From the human T2T-CHM13v2.0 reference genome, Homo sapiens, in assembly GCF_009914755.1 (NCBI RefSeq), contig NC_060947.1: a DNA stretch of 64,000 nt. One strand, written 5' to 3'. The notes below the pieces were generated by a model. It was given only the letters and a program-made list of their open reading frames with translations. It did no database searches and was not told the DNA's origin. Shown here piece after piece: positions 29,391 to 43,210 of this stretch (position 1 is its first letter; each line of letters begins with the position of its first letter). Both the position numbers and the translations under genes were made by a program.

Positions 29391-30294
29391 ATAAATAAAA
29401 TGTTTTAAAGATCTGTGTTCTTCCTCTACTGTTGAACCAACTCTCTAATACCAACAATTATATCCCTGTTTTGTTTTCCTAATGATCTTCTCTATCCAAA
29501 CAACTCTCTTTTATATCTGGTCTTGTTTTCTTTTCTTCTTTTGCCTTCCATCTTGTATGTTAATTCTTTCAGTTCCACTTTTCTTACCTAACATTTATTT
29601 GTCATGTAGGGAAGCACAAATAACAGACAGAACAGAGACAGAAGAATAAAAAGGCAAGAGAAGCAGAGATATAAAGCCATATGGCCCAAAAAAGATGGAG
29701 GAGCTCTAAGTTCTTGACTTTTTAAATTTTAGGTCCTGCCCTACCAGTGTCATTTTCTATTATCAAGATCCACATGATACCCTTAAATGCTTTCTGTAAA
29801 TGCCCTCATTTGTTTGTTTTCTGTCCTTCGCAGTAAAATAGTACATCCTAAATTATATTCATAATGGACAACCAAGTTTTCAATAACTGTTAAATTATGT
29901 TTAAATAGTAATTACCACGGCAATAACTTTGGAAGGTTTGGAAGGCAATAGACTAATTTCATTGCTTAAAAATACTGTTTAACAAGAGAAGAAAATGCAG
30001 AGACTCACTTCTATTGAAAATTTACTATGTACCCAACACTGCTCTAGGTTCTCTTACTACATACTTTTAACTCTTTTCATCTGTGTATCATTTTTTTCCA
30101 GAAAGAACTGAATAATAATCATCAAAGAGGTATTCAAGAACATGAATTGATTTTGTTGCACGCAGGATAATGTTCTTGTTTAAGAAACAGCATGAAGGCC
30201 ACTGTGGATGATGAAGGTTGAAAAATAAATGAATAAATGAGTGAGAAAATGAATAATAGAAGACAAAGTCAACAGGTTAAAAGAAGCAAAGCCA

Positions 30295-30650
<356 letters not shown>

Positions 30651-31280
30651 TTAGAGGAAAATTCAGGAATACAAAAAATAGACATTCGTATGACAATGTG
30701 AATTTATTATTTGAATTTAAAAGTTTTGATAATTGTATATAGATAATCATTTATGGCATTAGCTTCTGAAAATTTCAATATCACAAATATCCCATTTTTA
30801 TTCTACCCTTCTAAGGAAAATTTTAGACAAATTTTATGTTTAACTTTTACGTAGTACACTCATCTGTTGAGGGTGAATAAAACAGATGCCATTTTTCCTT
30901 GAATGATTTCAGTTATGTTTCTGGTATTTATTTAGTTTGCTTACTGTCTTTTCTGACACTTGTTTGTTTTTTCCCACAGTATAGCGCAAACTGAAAAACT
31001 TACAGACCTTAACTGGAATTTCTTCTTCTAGGTGATGCCAACTGCTGTCTTATCTTTTCTCTAGGGATTTGAAAACTTGTACAGTAAGAACATGCACATT
31101 AGTTACTCAAATACAAAATGTGAAGAGTTCTTTGGGGGAGAATCCTGGTAAGTGTGGAGATGTCCTGATCCCCTGTGTGAGTGAAAAAATAATTAAAATA
31201 AGAACACTTCTTCTTTAAAGTTTTATTCTGATGTCTATTGGTAACGTAGTATACTTGCAGTTTAAAAATAAACTGGTGGA

Positions 31281-31560
31281 GTCACACTAAGACAAATTCT
31301 GTATGATTCTGCTTATATGAAGCTCTTAGAACAGTCAAATTCATAGAGACATAAAGTAGAATGGTGATTGCCAGGGGATGTGGGAGCGGAAAATAGAAAG
31401 TTGTTTAACGGGTACAGAGTTTCAGTTTTACAAGATAAAAAGTTTTGGAGTCTGATTGCACAACAATGGAAATATACTTAACACTCTTCAACGGTGCACT
31501 TAAAATAGTGAAGATGGTTAATTTTATGTTATGTATATTTTATCCACTATGACAGAATTT
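31281..31560 (+). mobile_element. L1MB-type 3'UTR fragment
   Basis: GTCAAATTCATAGAGAC..AGTAGAATGGTGATTGCCAGGGG..GGGTACAGAGTTTCAGTTTTACAAGAT; flanked by an 18-bp TSD. Confidence 0.8.
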
Positions 31561-31679
31561 TAAAAATAAACTGTTGGAATCTAATAGCAATAGGGAGACT
31601 GAATTACTAATATAACCATGGTACAAAATGATAAATCTAAATCAGGGTGTAGATAACATCAAATTCCCTATTTGGGTCT

Positions 31680-31990
31680 CCACTTCAGTAGACATTTACT
31701 GTCTATTATGTATATGGCAGAAGCCTAGGTGCCATGGATACAGACAGGAATAAGATGATGATTCTTTTTCTCTAAGAACTTGGAGCCTAGGAGGGAGAAA
31801 CAGACTCATGAGCAACAACAACAACGACAACAAAATAGAATGATATTAATGTTATACTAGAGGTACGGCAAGATAACTTTGAAACCCAGGTGAGTTAGAG
31901 AACATGTAAAGGAAGGCGACTCCTAAATTTCATTTTGGAGAATGAATTTTCATGTTGGACTGAAGGAAGAATATTCCAGTCACAGGGAGT
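31680..31990 (-). mobile_element. L2 fragment
   Basis: TTCAGTAGACATTTACTG..CTAGGTGCCATGGATACAGA..CTCTAAGAACTTGGAGCCTAG antisense pattern. Confidence 0.5.
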
Positions 31991-32409
31991 GAACTGTGGT
32001 ATGAGAGATTGTGGAATTTTTAAGGAAACTTCAATGTAGAAGCAGTAATGATGGAAAAGATAGATGAATTTGAGGCGGTAGAGATCACAGGTTCTAATAA
32101 ATGATTAGTTGTTAATGCAACAGGAACAATAAATTGAGAAAGATGGGTTTCAGGGTTTTTTTTTTTTTTTTTGGCTTGGGCTACTGCATGGATGGTGAGA
32201 GAGAGAGAGAGAGAACTCTCAGCTCTAGATCTATGTTCAGCAGTCTAAGCACTTCTCTACATGGATTAATTAGAAGGAAGACAGAATTTCTGTTTAAAAT
32301 TATCATTCAATCTTCCTGCCCTGAAATACCCAGTATGCTCATTAATTATACATGAAAAAGTTATTGTCAGAAGAAGGCCAAAGTGAAATCTCTGCTACAT
32401 AGTATAAAT

Positions 32410-32928
32410 GATACCATAGATTAAGCCATTCAACATCTATATTATCTCCCTGCTAGCTTGTCTCTGTATTCAGAGGGTGAAAAGCTAAAAATTCATTTTT
32501 CAGATTCCCTTGCAACTAGAGTGCTGGGGTATGACCTGGGCCTGCCGGTTCACATGCCATGTATGAGACAGGGAGGCATAAGTGCACAACATGGGGCAGA
32601 AACTGAATTTGGGGAGATGAATGTTCTGCCAAACAGAGCAGCTGAAGTATCTGGTCCTGACACAGCTGTGGCAGAGTTTTTGGCTCCAGGCTCAAGTTAA
32701 AAGTGCAAGGCAGGAGGTAGCAGTGGTAGTCTTTCCACTATTACCATCCTGAGTTATGGCTGGGCATTTCTTTTTGCTGCATCATTGCTTCTGGCTATTT
32801 GGCATCCAAGCCTGGTTGCTGGCACCTCGAGAGATTCTATGGGGTACCCAAACTATTTTACGAAATCTCTTTTCTTAAACTAGCTGGGCTAGATTTTGTT
32901 GTCCATACCTAAAAGCTCTGACCAATAG
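32410..32928 (+). mobile_element. ERVL solo LTR (LTR33-like)
   Basis: AGATTCCCTTGCAACTAGAGTGCTGGGGTATGACCTGGG and terminal CTTAAACTAGCTGG..CTCTGACCAATA. Confidence 0.6.
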
Positions 32929-33004
32929 AAATAAGACAAGACTTCTCTCATTAGTACATTTTTAACTGGTTGATATTTAGGCTCCTTAGAGTACCCAGGA
33001 CAGT

Positions 33005-33260
33005 AGGTTTCAGTGATGGAGGCAAGACTATAGCTCTGAGATCAGACAGATCAGGTTTAAATTCTTGCTCTACCATATGCTATCCATATTACTTATCCAG
33101 GTAAGTCGCTTAACCTTCATATATTGCAGTTCTTTCAACTGTAAATTGGAGATGATCAAAGTGTCCAACTCCTAGTGATGTTATAAGAATAATAGGAGAT
33201 AATTTATACAAAAAACATCACAGTGCTGGGAAAGCAATTAGTGCTCAAAAGATGCTTACA
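33005..33260 (+). mobile_element. MIR SINE
   Basis: CTCTGAGATCAGACAGATCAGGTTTAAATTCTTGCTCTACCA..GGTAAGTCGCTTAACCT..CTGTAAATTGGAGAT. Confidence 0.7.
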
Positions 33261-33857
33261 TTTGCTCATATTTACAATGCATGGAAGGCTTTGTCGTGCT
33301 CACTAGGATTCCTTGGCTTTTCATCAAAGCTTGTTCTTGTGCTTGGTCTAAACAGGTCCATTTCTCTACACAACGTACACCAGTTAGAATCTATTTTATC
33401 CTTATTGTATGAAGTCCATTAAATAAATAAAAGCAAAAGAAAAAAAAGGGAAAACAGTTTTTTGAATCAACTCAAGTCTGAATTTGGATAAACCTATAAA
33501 CTTCCATGATAGCTGTTAGAATTTTTAACAGTCAATAAGCTGTGGCATTAAAGATGCTAGAGCTATTCTTAGGGTCCTTTTAGAATCAGGCAGCTGTTTT
33601 ACTTAGTATCTGGCTTGAGGATCGGAATACTTTATCAGGGGTGCAATGGCAAGAGGTTGAGACAACTCTCTTCACAAGGGCCACAAATGTCCATTCACCC
33701 ATGTCAAAGGTGCCTAGTGGACATTTTCCCCCACTGTTCCTATGTATACTACATAGTAATTAGGCATACATTCAAACAAATGCTGTCCCATTAAAAACCA
33801 TATACATAGCTTGGTGGATCTGACATTATTCAAATAATTTAAAAAACTTTTCCTTTT

Positions 33858-34508
33858 AAAAATTTGTATATTTTTATAGATTCAGGGGGTATAAGTGCAG
33901 GTTTGTTACGCAAATATATTGCATAATGGTGGGGATGAGCTTCCAGTGTGCTAATCACCCAGATAGTGAGCATGGTACCCAATAGGTAATTTTTCAACTC
34001 TTGACCCCCCGCACTGTCCCCCTTTTGAAGTCCCCAGTGTCTAGTTTTTCCATGTGTATGTCAGTGTGTACCCATTGTTTAGCTCCCACTTACAAGTGAT
34101 AACATGATTTTCTGAGCTATTTCACTTAGGATAATGACCTAAAGCTCCACCCATGTTGCTGCAAAGGACATAATTTCATTCTTTTTATGGGTGCATGATA
34201 TTTTATGGTGTATATATACCATATTTTCTTTATCCACTCATTGGTTGATGAACACTTAGGTTGATTCTATCTCTTTGCTATTGTGAATAGTGCTGTAATA
34301 AACATATGAGTACAGGCATCTTTTAACTTTTTTATTTTTAATTTTTGTGGGTATAGTAGTTGTATATATTTATGGGGTACATGAGATATTTGGTACAGGC
34401 ATGCAATGTGTAATAATCACATCATAGATGGTGTCTTTTTTATATAATGATTTTTTTTCCCTTTTGGGTAGATACCCAGAAGGAGGATTCCTGGATTGAT
34501 TGGTATAG
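33858..34508 (-). mobile_element. L1PB/L1PA16-like 3' end carrying a nested L1MA fragment (34325-34429)
   Basis: Antisense L1 3'UTR; perfect 13-bp TSD AACTTTTCCTTTT (33845/34509); the nested piece has its own T tail and TSD. Confidence 0.85.
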
Positions 34509-34969
34509 AACTTTTCCTTTTGTGTTGTTTTTAGGGACCTATACATAGGTGTTATTTAATTATCTTCCTTAGTTTTAAACTCCAAATGGTAATACGTGGC
34601 TAGATTAGTTACTTTATTAGTAGTCATTATTCATGACATTTATTACCGTTTGACCCAGTTATGCCCCTTTAAGGGTATCTCTCAACTCCAAGAAGCAAGC
34701 CAAGATACATAAAACAAGTTACATACCATAGGTTTGTTCCTGCCAGGGCAATTTCTAAGTCGGCTACTTAGATTAAGAACCCACTTCCACACTTACATGT
34801 GTACTGAGTTCATAGATAGCACTCACATCCCCTTGATTAGACTGGGTGGGGGTTGTATCATCATAATCCTCATCATTTTCACCTTAGTTCTAAAGATTTA
34901 AATATTTTTTCCAGGAGTCAGCCCCCTCACAGTGATGTGAATATTTTTCTATTGAAGAGATCAAAAGAA

Positions 34970-36480
34970 TGTGCCATAAGAACATCTCTTCAGCAAATGA
35001 TATGATTAAGAAAGTGAAAAGGTAAGCTACAGTATAGGAGATGTTTGTAATACATTAATCTGACAATTTCTATCTGGAATATATGAAGACTCCCTACAAA
35101 TCAAACAGAAAAAGGAAAAACAAAACACATGGGCAAAAGAACTGAACAGGCAGTTAACAAAGGAATATATCCAAATAAGCAATTTTCTTATCAGAGGGTA
35201 CTTAACATCATTAGCCATTAGAGAAGTGCAGAATAGAAGCATAACAAAATATCATTACAGACTCACTATTATGGTTAAAATTAAATAAATGAACAATACC
35301 AAGTTCTTGTGAGAATGTGAAACAATTGAAACTAAAATACATTGCTGGTGGAAGTATAAATGAGTACAACCACTTTTGAAAAATGTTTGATATATGTTTT
35401 TTAAAAGTTAATTTGGTAAAATACACATAAAATACAATTTACCATCTTAACCATTTTAAAATGTACGGTTCCGTGGTATCAAGTATACTCATATTGTTCT
35501 GCCACCATCTCCACCATCCATCTCCAGCACTCTTTTCATATTGCAAAAAACCCTGCACCCATGAAATATTAACTCTCCCTTTTCCTCTACTTCCAGCCCC
35601 TGGACACTACCACTCTACCTTCTGTCTCTATGAATCTGACTACTCTAGATACCTCACATAAGTGAAATTGTAAAGTATTTGTCTTTTTTGATAGGCTTAT
35701 TTCACGTAGCATAATATCCTTAAGATTCATCCACATTGTAGCATGTGTCAAAATTTATTTTCTTTCTATGGCTAAAAACATTCAATTGTGTGTACATATC
35801 ACATTTTGTTTATCCATTCATCTCTCATTGGACACTTGAGTTCATTCTACCTTTTGGTTTTTGTGAATAATGTTACGAATATGTGTGTACAAGTATCTCT
35901 TCAAGATCCTGCTTCCAATTCTTTCGGATTGGCAGCACCTTTTAAAAAGCTACATATGACTTTCTATAACCTAAAAATTTTGGATGAGAAGTACTTATGT
36001 TCATAAGAAGACTTGTACAACAATCTACATAGTGTTTTTCTTTTGTAATATCCCCACATTGGAAAGAAGCCAAACATCCTTAACTACTAGAATCCACAGA
36101 TAAACTGTGGTATATTCCCACAGTGCAGTATTACATATCAATGAACAGAACAAGCTAATGATACATGCAAGAACATGGATTATTTTAAAAACATAATGCT
36201 GAGGAAAAGAAGCTACATACTCAAGAGTGCATACTGTATGATTCCATTTATATAAGGTTCAAACACTGTCACAACAAATCTATGTTGACACTGCTTAGAG
36301 GAATGGTTTCTTTTGGGAGAGGGTAATGACTGATAGAAAGCATAAGGGAGCTTTCTGAGGTTCAAGAAATGCCCTACAACTTGATCTGGGTGGTGGTTAC
36401 ATGGTTGTACACCTATGAAAAATGCATTGATCTGTATATGTAATATTTGTGTACTCTGTGTGGTTACCCATAAATTTTAA
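34970..36480 (+). mobile_element. Old L1ME-type LINE interrupted by an antisense L1MB (~35397-35929)
   Basis: Decayed ORF2 C-terminus/3'UTR (ACTGTATGATTCCATTTATATAAGGTTCAAA; ACTTGATCTGGGTGGTGGTTACATGG); the inner L1MB begins TTTACCATCTTAACCATTTTAAA. Confidence 0.7.
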
Positions 36481-38649
36481 AAAGGAAAGAGATTGTCAAA
36501 GAGGATTCTCATCATGCTTTGACTAGTGGCAATATCACTGAAATAAAAACAGGAAGTGCTGCATTGAAGAGACAACATTAATATGATCATATGTGTTCTG
36601 ATATGTCTATTAGAGACAGGCATATCACTATATAATCACTCCTATTAGGTTCTATCCATAGTCTGCAATCCAAGAAATAAAAGCAAGTGTGTCTTTGGTG
36701 GAAATATCAGAATAAGGTAATTTAGTCACTTATCTTGGACTTTGACCTTTGTAAAATGCTGAGCAGTTACTGTTAACTAGTTTAATGCCCATTACTGAAG
36801 AACTTGAGAATTACTTTTTAACACTTCTATCCTATTGATTGTCTTTATTTTACCAGTAATTTTAAAAGTAAAGTACTGCCTTTCGCATCCTTTCAGGTTG
36901 AAACGTAACCATCTGAATGCTATGTAATGCTGCATTTTTGTTTGATTATAATTCAAAAATGTTCCTTTAATTATGAAAAGGTGAATTATTTTTGGATGCC
37001 AAATATCATATACAATTCCACTTCATTTCCAAATTGTGAACATTAATTTTTCTTGTATATAAACCTTTCCTCAGCTGTTTCATTGATTTGGATATCTTCC
37101 CATAATTCCCTAAGAAAAGAGCTGGCATTAGTCATTATGAAGAACTTTCAAGTTCCAAATACCAATTTTCTACCAATAAATGTGAAGAAGACTATTATAT
37201 GTAATAACACATATTAAAGAGCAAATTTTAAAAATGTAACATGCTACTTAAGATCTATATCTTTAATTATTGTTTTTTATTAATATTTAGAAAAACATTT
37301 TCTTACACATCATGCTCTCCAGAGAAAGGGAGAAAAGGTGTTCAATAAATACTACCTCTCTTCTACCCCTGGTTGTAAACATTTTAGGAAACAAAACAGA
37401 GACGCCCAGATATTAACTTTATTAGTAGTAAGGCCTGGTTAAAGAATTTGGTTTTAGACGTCTTATCCAGGTGGGCCTGCTAACTGATCCCCAGAATTAG
37501 GCAAATTTACCACCCAATCTTAGAACTGGATTGGAGTAAGCCTCTCCCTGCAGGTGTAAGCAATAATAATCTATGGCATGGAGGAACAGAAGAGAACTCA
37601 CGCTGGCTGCAGCCAGGCTTGCTCCCCAAAGTAAAAAGAGAAAATTTGAGTTAATCATGCCCAGCTATTCCTTCCAAATTTACCAATCACCTGTCTCTTT
37701 CCATCTCTCCTTGGACAGCCTAAGTAAAGGATGCAGAAAGAGGTCACCAGTACACTATCTGAGCTCACTTTGCAAGCAAGGATATCAGAAGTGGTGAAGT
37801 GTTCCTAACTAACTCAGCTTTTTTTCATCGAATATATTTCCTCTGTCTTCCTAATTGCTAAAGAAAAAATATAAATGAAAAATATAAGGTATAATAAAAA
37901 TCTAAATCAATTGATATTATTTTATTATCAGCTGTGGCACTATTCTTAAAATTTTAAAATATATCTCTAAAGCCATAAACTACAAAATCAACAAAAGCAG
38001 GAAAAGGTTAAAAATCTCTCAGATTTGTATCATATTCATCTTTGACCGGCTTCAGAATTTGAAATGTTAAATATTAAGATTATATTAAAAAACCATCTCC
38101 AAATATCTTCAGGCCACTTTATTGTTCAATGCAAAGTACAAAGCTTAGAAAATTTCAAGAAAAATATTATAGCTTCAGTTTATAAAGCATGAGAGAATTT
38201 ATCCCAAACCTACTTTTTCAGTCCAAATTTCTGTTCTTTTTCAGAACACCTCTTCATCACAAAAAAGAGCCTCCTTACCATAAAACTCTCTGGGCCATGT
38301 TACCAGTGTGTTCCTCAAGTACTTTTCTGTACCATTTTCTGATAACATGTTGACAGAAACAACAAAGTAGATCTTATTCATATTTTTCCCAAAACTTGGT
38401 CTTGTCTATAGTCTGTTTGTTAGTCTAAAAGATGAAGTCCTCATTTTATGATTTTCTAGAATGCAAAGTCATGTGCATTGGATGCCAGTACATGAAATAG
38501 AAATAAATTTTCAAAAAGATTGCTCATGTCATAGCTAAATAAGAAAATAACTTGTTCCCCAAATAGAATTAATTTCTCCATGAAAATAAATGGAGAATAA
38601 AGCTTTAAAAATTGCACACTTTTTATTCAAAAAAAGAGAAAGAACAGTC

Positions 38650-38885
38650 ATATTTGAATAGTGTATTATAAGGGCCAGGTTCTGTGTTTTGGGGATGTTT
38701 CATAGGTTATTTTATATAATCTTCACAAAGATCCCATAAGGGAGGTGGCATGATTCCCATTTGGCTCATTTGCCTGACAAAAAGCTAAAGATTAAAGAAA
38801 ATAAGTGTCTTACCTGAAGGTCACTAGTCAATGGTGGAACTAGAGTTTGAACCCAAGTATGTCTGACCTGAAAGCCCATGCTCTT
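38650..38885 (-). mobile_element. MIR SINE
   Basis: ATAATCTTCACAAAGATCCCATAAGGGAGGT..GAAGGTCAC..TTTGAACCCAAGTATGTCTGAC. Confidence 0.7.
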
Positions 38886-40129
38886 TATCAGGTTAAAAGA
38901 AAATGGAATGTGAAAGGGTAAACATTTTTTACATAGTTTAGATAAAGTTTGAAATTCTTGACTTTATCAGCTATAATTCTAGTTTTCTCTATATTATATA
39001 CCATTTTCTGGCAATTTTGGTGAAAATACAGATGGAACCTTCTAGACATCATTGACATAGTATTCTGTGCCCTAGACCAGATCGTATCAAACCAGACCAA
39101 ATGGCAATGCACAACAAAATTTTACTCCAGGCCTCTAAGCAAGTGGTTGGCAATAATAAAGTTCTGTCATGATTTCACTGAAGACAGAATTTACATGCTA
39201 TGTTGCAGTTAGGCCTCTCAGCCAAATGTTGCAAACTCCCAATTTCCAGCCCATTGTTTCCAAAAATACTTTAAAATGTTTCTCAGAAGCATGGTAATAT
39301 CTTTTCTGGATTCCAGGGTTTTTGATAGATCTGTCTGCATTGTCTGGCAGCTTCTTTTTTTGTTGTCGTTGTTGCTTTTCCTAATTACCTCCAAGTATGC
39401 TTAAATTTATGCCATTAAAGAAAGCTCTGACTCACTTAAACTGGCAAAACCACAAAAAGTATAGCTGCTCTTGTGTTTTGGGGTCTAGCGGTTTCTTCAT
39501 TTTAAAGAAGAGAGAGAGAAAAAAACCTGTCAAGGCGCCAGAGTAGTCTTTCTTAACTATTGTTAATTATGCCAGAAAGCCAAATACATTAAACAAACTG
39601 AGCAGTTTAATTACTTAAATATCCAGCAAAAATCCAAATCTGCCATTGAATAGACAAAAAGAAAAAAAAAGATTCAATTTGTTTGATGAGATTATATTTG
39701 TATCAATTTTGTTTCAAAACTGCATTTGATGAGAAAAAATTACAGAGAAAACCCAATTTTCAAATGGCTCAATGTAAGTGAAAATTATCACACGTACTAG
39801 GATTCTCAGTTGAAAGCAATAGAAACTAACTCTAGCTTGATTTAAATAGGAGATAAATACACTGCATGAACAGGAGTAAGCTAATAAATTGTAAACCAAA
39901 GATAGTGCTAGAATATTAGGATGGCAAAAGCACAATGAAATTCCAGAGGAAAGAGTGATTGATTCTGGGTAGCATGAGCATTCCACTTTATGGAAGTGGT
40001 GTCTGAACCAAGTAGTATCTCTTCTTTATAATCATTCCAATATGTAGCTTATCTCGCTGTTAGATTGACATTCCCTTGGGATTTCCTATTTTGTCAGCAT
40101 CTAGTGCCATTCTTTGTATACATTAAGAT

Positions 40130-40750
40130 GATTCAACATGTGTTTATTAAAGAAAGGTTAAGTACTCTTAATTCAAAAATCCACAAATCCAAAATGCTCC
40201 AAAATCTGAAACTTTGAGTACTGCTGTGACACTCACAGGAAATGCTCACTGGAGCATTTTATATTTCATATTTTTGGATTAGGTATGATCCAATAAGTAT
40301 AATGCAAATATTCCCAAATTTGAAAAAAGTAAAAATTTGAAACATTCTGGTCCCAAGTATTTCAGATAAAGGATACTCAACCTGTACCTACAATATGATA
40401 GGCACAGTGTATTACATACTAGAGATATAGAAATGAGCAAAAAACAAAAATAAAAAAAAGACTTGACCCCAGTTCTCATGGAGATTGCCATCTGGTAGGG
40501 GAAACAAACAATCAGGTGATCACATTAATAAATGCATGATTATAAACTGTCAAAACTGCTATGAGGGGAAAAGCAGCGCTACAGAAGCATACAACGGTGG
40601 GGGCTAGCCTTATTTCTGGGGAGTCACAGAAGGCTTCCTAGCAAAAGTGACAGTTGAGCCTAAGTATGAATGAATAGAAAGATTTGGCCTAGTGAGAGAG
40701 GGAAAATAGTATCTCAAGGAGAGTGAGAGCAGTATATGGAAAAGATCTTG
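40130..40750 (-). mobile_element. L2 fragment interrupted by Tigger4a
   Basis: ATTCAACATGTGTTTATT..[insert]..CCTACAATATGATAGGCACAGTG..TCTCATGGAGATTGCCATCTGGTAGGGG. Confidence 0.6.
40154..40384. mobile_element. Tigger4a (MER46A) TcMar DNA transposon fossil
   Basis: TIRs AGGTTAAGTACTCTTA/TAAAGGATACTCAACCTG followed by TA; AAATGCTCACTGGAGCATTT internal palindrome. Confidence 0.85.
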
Positions 40751-41245
40751 TACATAGTGGTTGCTGCACAAATTACTTTGTACTCAACTTTATCTTCTTC
40801 TGTCCAACTGCAGGTAAAGGGACATTTCTTGCCATTTAAAAAAGCAAATCTTTCTTCCTTAATATTTATTTATATCCTTCATCTGCCTCCTTTGAACCTC
40901 AATCCGTCAATTATCTTTTATTTCTCCTATACAGTATCTCAACTACCCTCTCCATTACATCTTTCTCTTCAGGACATATCATGCTAAAGTCTCTGTGACC
41001 TACAAAAACAAAAACTACAAACACTTATCTGAATCCTACAAACCTCCTCACTACTTCCTATCTTTTGCTATTATTTTTAATAGCAAAATTTCTAGAATAA
41101 TAGTATTCTTCACCTGCAATCTCCACTTCCTCAATTCCTGTTTGCATTCTAACCCTACTAAATATGATGCCCAACACAATCACTTCACTAACAGGATCTT
41201 GCTAAGATCACCAATACCTCCCTTGTAAAGTCAGTGAACATATTT

Positions 41246-41875
41246 TTCTTTTTTTTAAATTATACTTTAAGTTCTAGGGTACATGTGCACAATGTGCAGG
41301 TTTGTTACATATGTATACATGTGCCATGTTGGTGTGCTGCACCCATTAACTCATCATTTACATTAGGTATATCTCCTAATGCTATCCCTCCTCCCTCCCC
41401 CTACCCCATGGCAAGCCCCGGTGTGTGATGTTCCCCTTCCTGTGTCCAAGTATTCTCATTGTTCAATTCCCACCTATGAGTGAGAATATGTGGTGGTTGG
41501 TTTTTTGTCCCTGTGATAGTTTGCTGAGAATGATGGTTTCCAGCTTCATCCATGTCCCTACAAAGGACATGAACTCATCCTTTTTATGGCTGCATAGTAT
41601 TCCATGGTGTGCATGTGCCACATTTTCTTAATCCAGTCTATCATTGTTGGACATTTGGGTTGGTTCCAAGTCTTTGCTATTGTGAATAGTGCCACAATAA
41701 ACATACATGTGCATGTGTCTTTATAGCAGCATGATTTATAATCCTTTGGGTATATACCCAGTAATGGGATTGCTGGGTCAAATGGTATTTCTAGTTCTGG
41801 ATCCTTGAGGAATTGCCACACTGTCTTCCACAATGGTTGAACTAGTTTACAGTCCCACCAACAGTGTAAAAGTGT
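41246..41875 (-). mobile_element. 5'-truncated L1PA5-like LINE-1 inserted in an L2
   Basis: TTATACTTTAAGTTCTAGGGTAC, CATTTACATTAGGTATATCTCC; TSD GTCAGTGAACATATTT/GTTAGTGAACATTTTT. Confidence 0.92.
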
Positions 41876-42546
41876 GTTAGTGAACATTTTTCAAGTCTTG
41901 TCTTATTTGACTTTTGATAGCATTGGACATTCTTGACAACTCCGTCTTTTTTGGATGTTATGATACAGCTTTTTCTTTGTGTCCTACCTTTTTCTCAGTC
42001 TACTTCAGAATTTCTTTCATCTGTGTGTATCTCTTAAATACTGGAATTTCATCTTTGACCCAAGTTCTTCTTACCCTATAAACTAGCTGACTGAGCTCTC
42101 TCATCTCACTTCTTGTCACCTTGGCAAATGCTTTCTTCTTTGTTAAGTCTTGGTTAAAACTGATACATTGTGACTCCTTCTTTGACTCCCTTAGTCATTG
42201 TTAAGAATTACTTTTTCTAAGTTTCACTGCATTCTCTGCATATATACCCTCATAAAAGCAAGCCTTATTTTATCATGTTTATCTGTTTCCTAATGTATCT
42301 TTAACTAGATTGGCAGTTCCTTGAAAATAGACAATCTTTTTACACCTAACTTTTTGGATGATGCCTGAGTGTAGATACTCACTAAACATATGTAGATGAG
42401 TTAATAGATGTGTTTGGGTAAGCTCCTTCCTCTTTGCAGCCCTGTGGAGAGTGTGGCGGGGTGGTATGGAGGGAAGTTGTGACTACCTGAAAATTGCATA
42501 GGTGGTAAGTGGTGGAGCCAAGGAATATTTCACCCAAAAAGCCTGA

Positions 42547-42648
42547 TTTAGCCTGATTTGCTCATTCCACAATGTATACATGTATTGAAACATCACATTG
42601 TACCCTATAAATGTATTCAATTATTATGTATCAATTAAAAAATAAAAA
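42547..42648 (+). mobile_element. L1MA-type 3' terminal fragment
   Basis: CATTCCACAATGTATACATGTATTGAAACATCACATTGTACCC..CAATTAAAAAATAAA. Confidence 0.7.
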
Positions 42649-43156
42649 CACTTTTTAAAAAGCAGCAAAGTTACCCTACTAACTCCACAGAGTTCCTATG
42701 AAAACTACATGAAATCATAGGTATGGGTGGTGTATAATGCTAGGTATAAAAACGTTTTCCCTGTTTTCAAGGAACTGCCAATACAGTTAAAGATACAGGT
42801 TAGGAAACAGATAAACATGATAAAATAAGGCTTGCTTTTATGATGGTATATATTCAGAGAGTACAGTGAAGCTTAGAATAAAGGTAATTTCTAACAATCA
42901 CCAAAGGAGTCAGAGAAGGAGTCACAGTGTATCAGGTTTTAACCACGACTTGACAAAGAAGAAAGGATTTGCCCAGGTGCTAAGAGTGGGATGAGAGAGC
43001 TCAGGCAGCTAGTTTATAGGATAAGAAGTTTCTTGACGTGTCTATACCTCACGTTCATCTCTAGACTGGGATAATACTATATACCCCAAAGTGTTGATGG
43101 GGAAACTAAGTGAGAAAAGATATGGGACACAGAGGTGCTCAGTTAATGCTAATCTT

Positions 43157-43210
43157 TTCCTTCCTTCCTTCCTTCCTTCCTTCTTTCCCTCCTTCCCACC
43201 TTCCTTCTTC
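43157..43210. repeat. (CCTT)n polypyrimidine simple repeat
   Basis: Directly visible. Confidence 0.85.
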
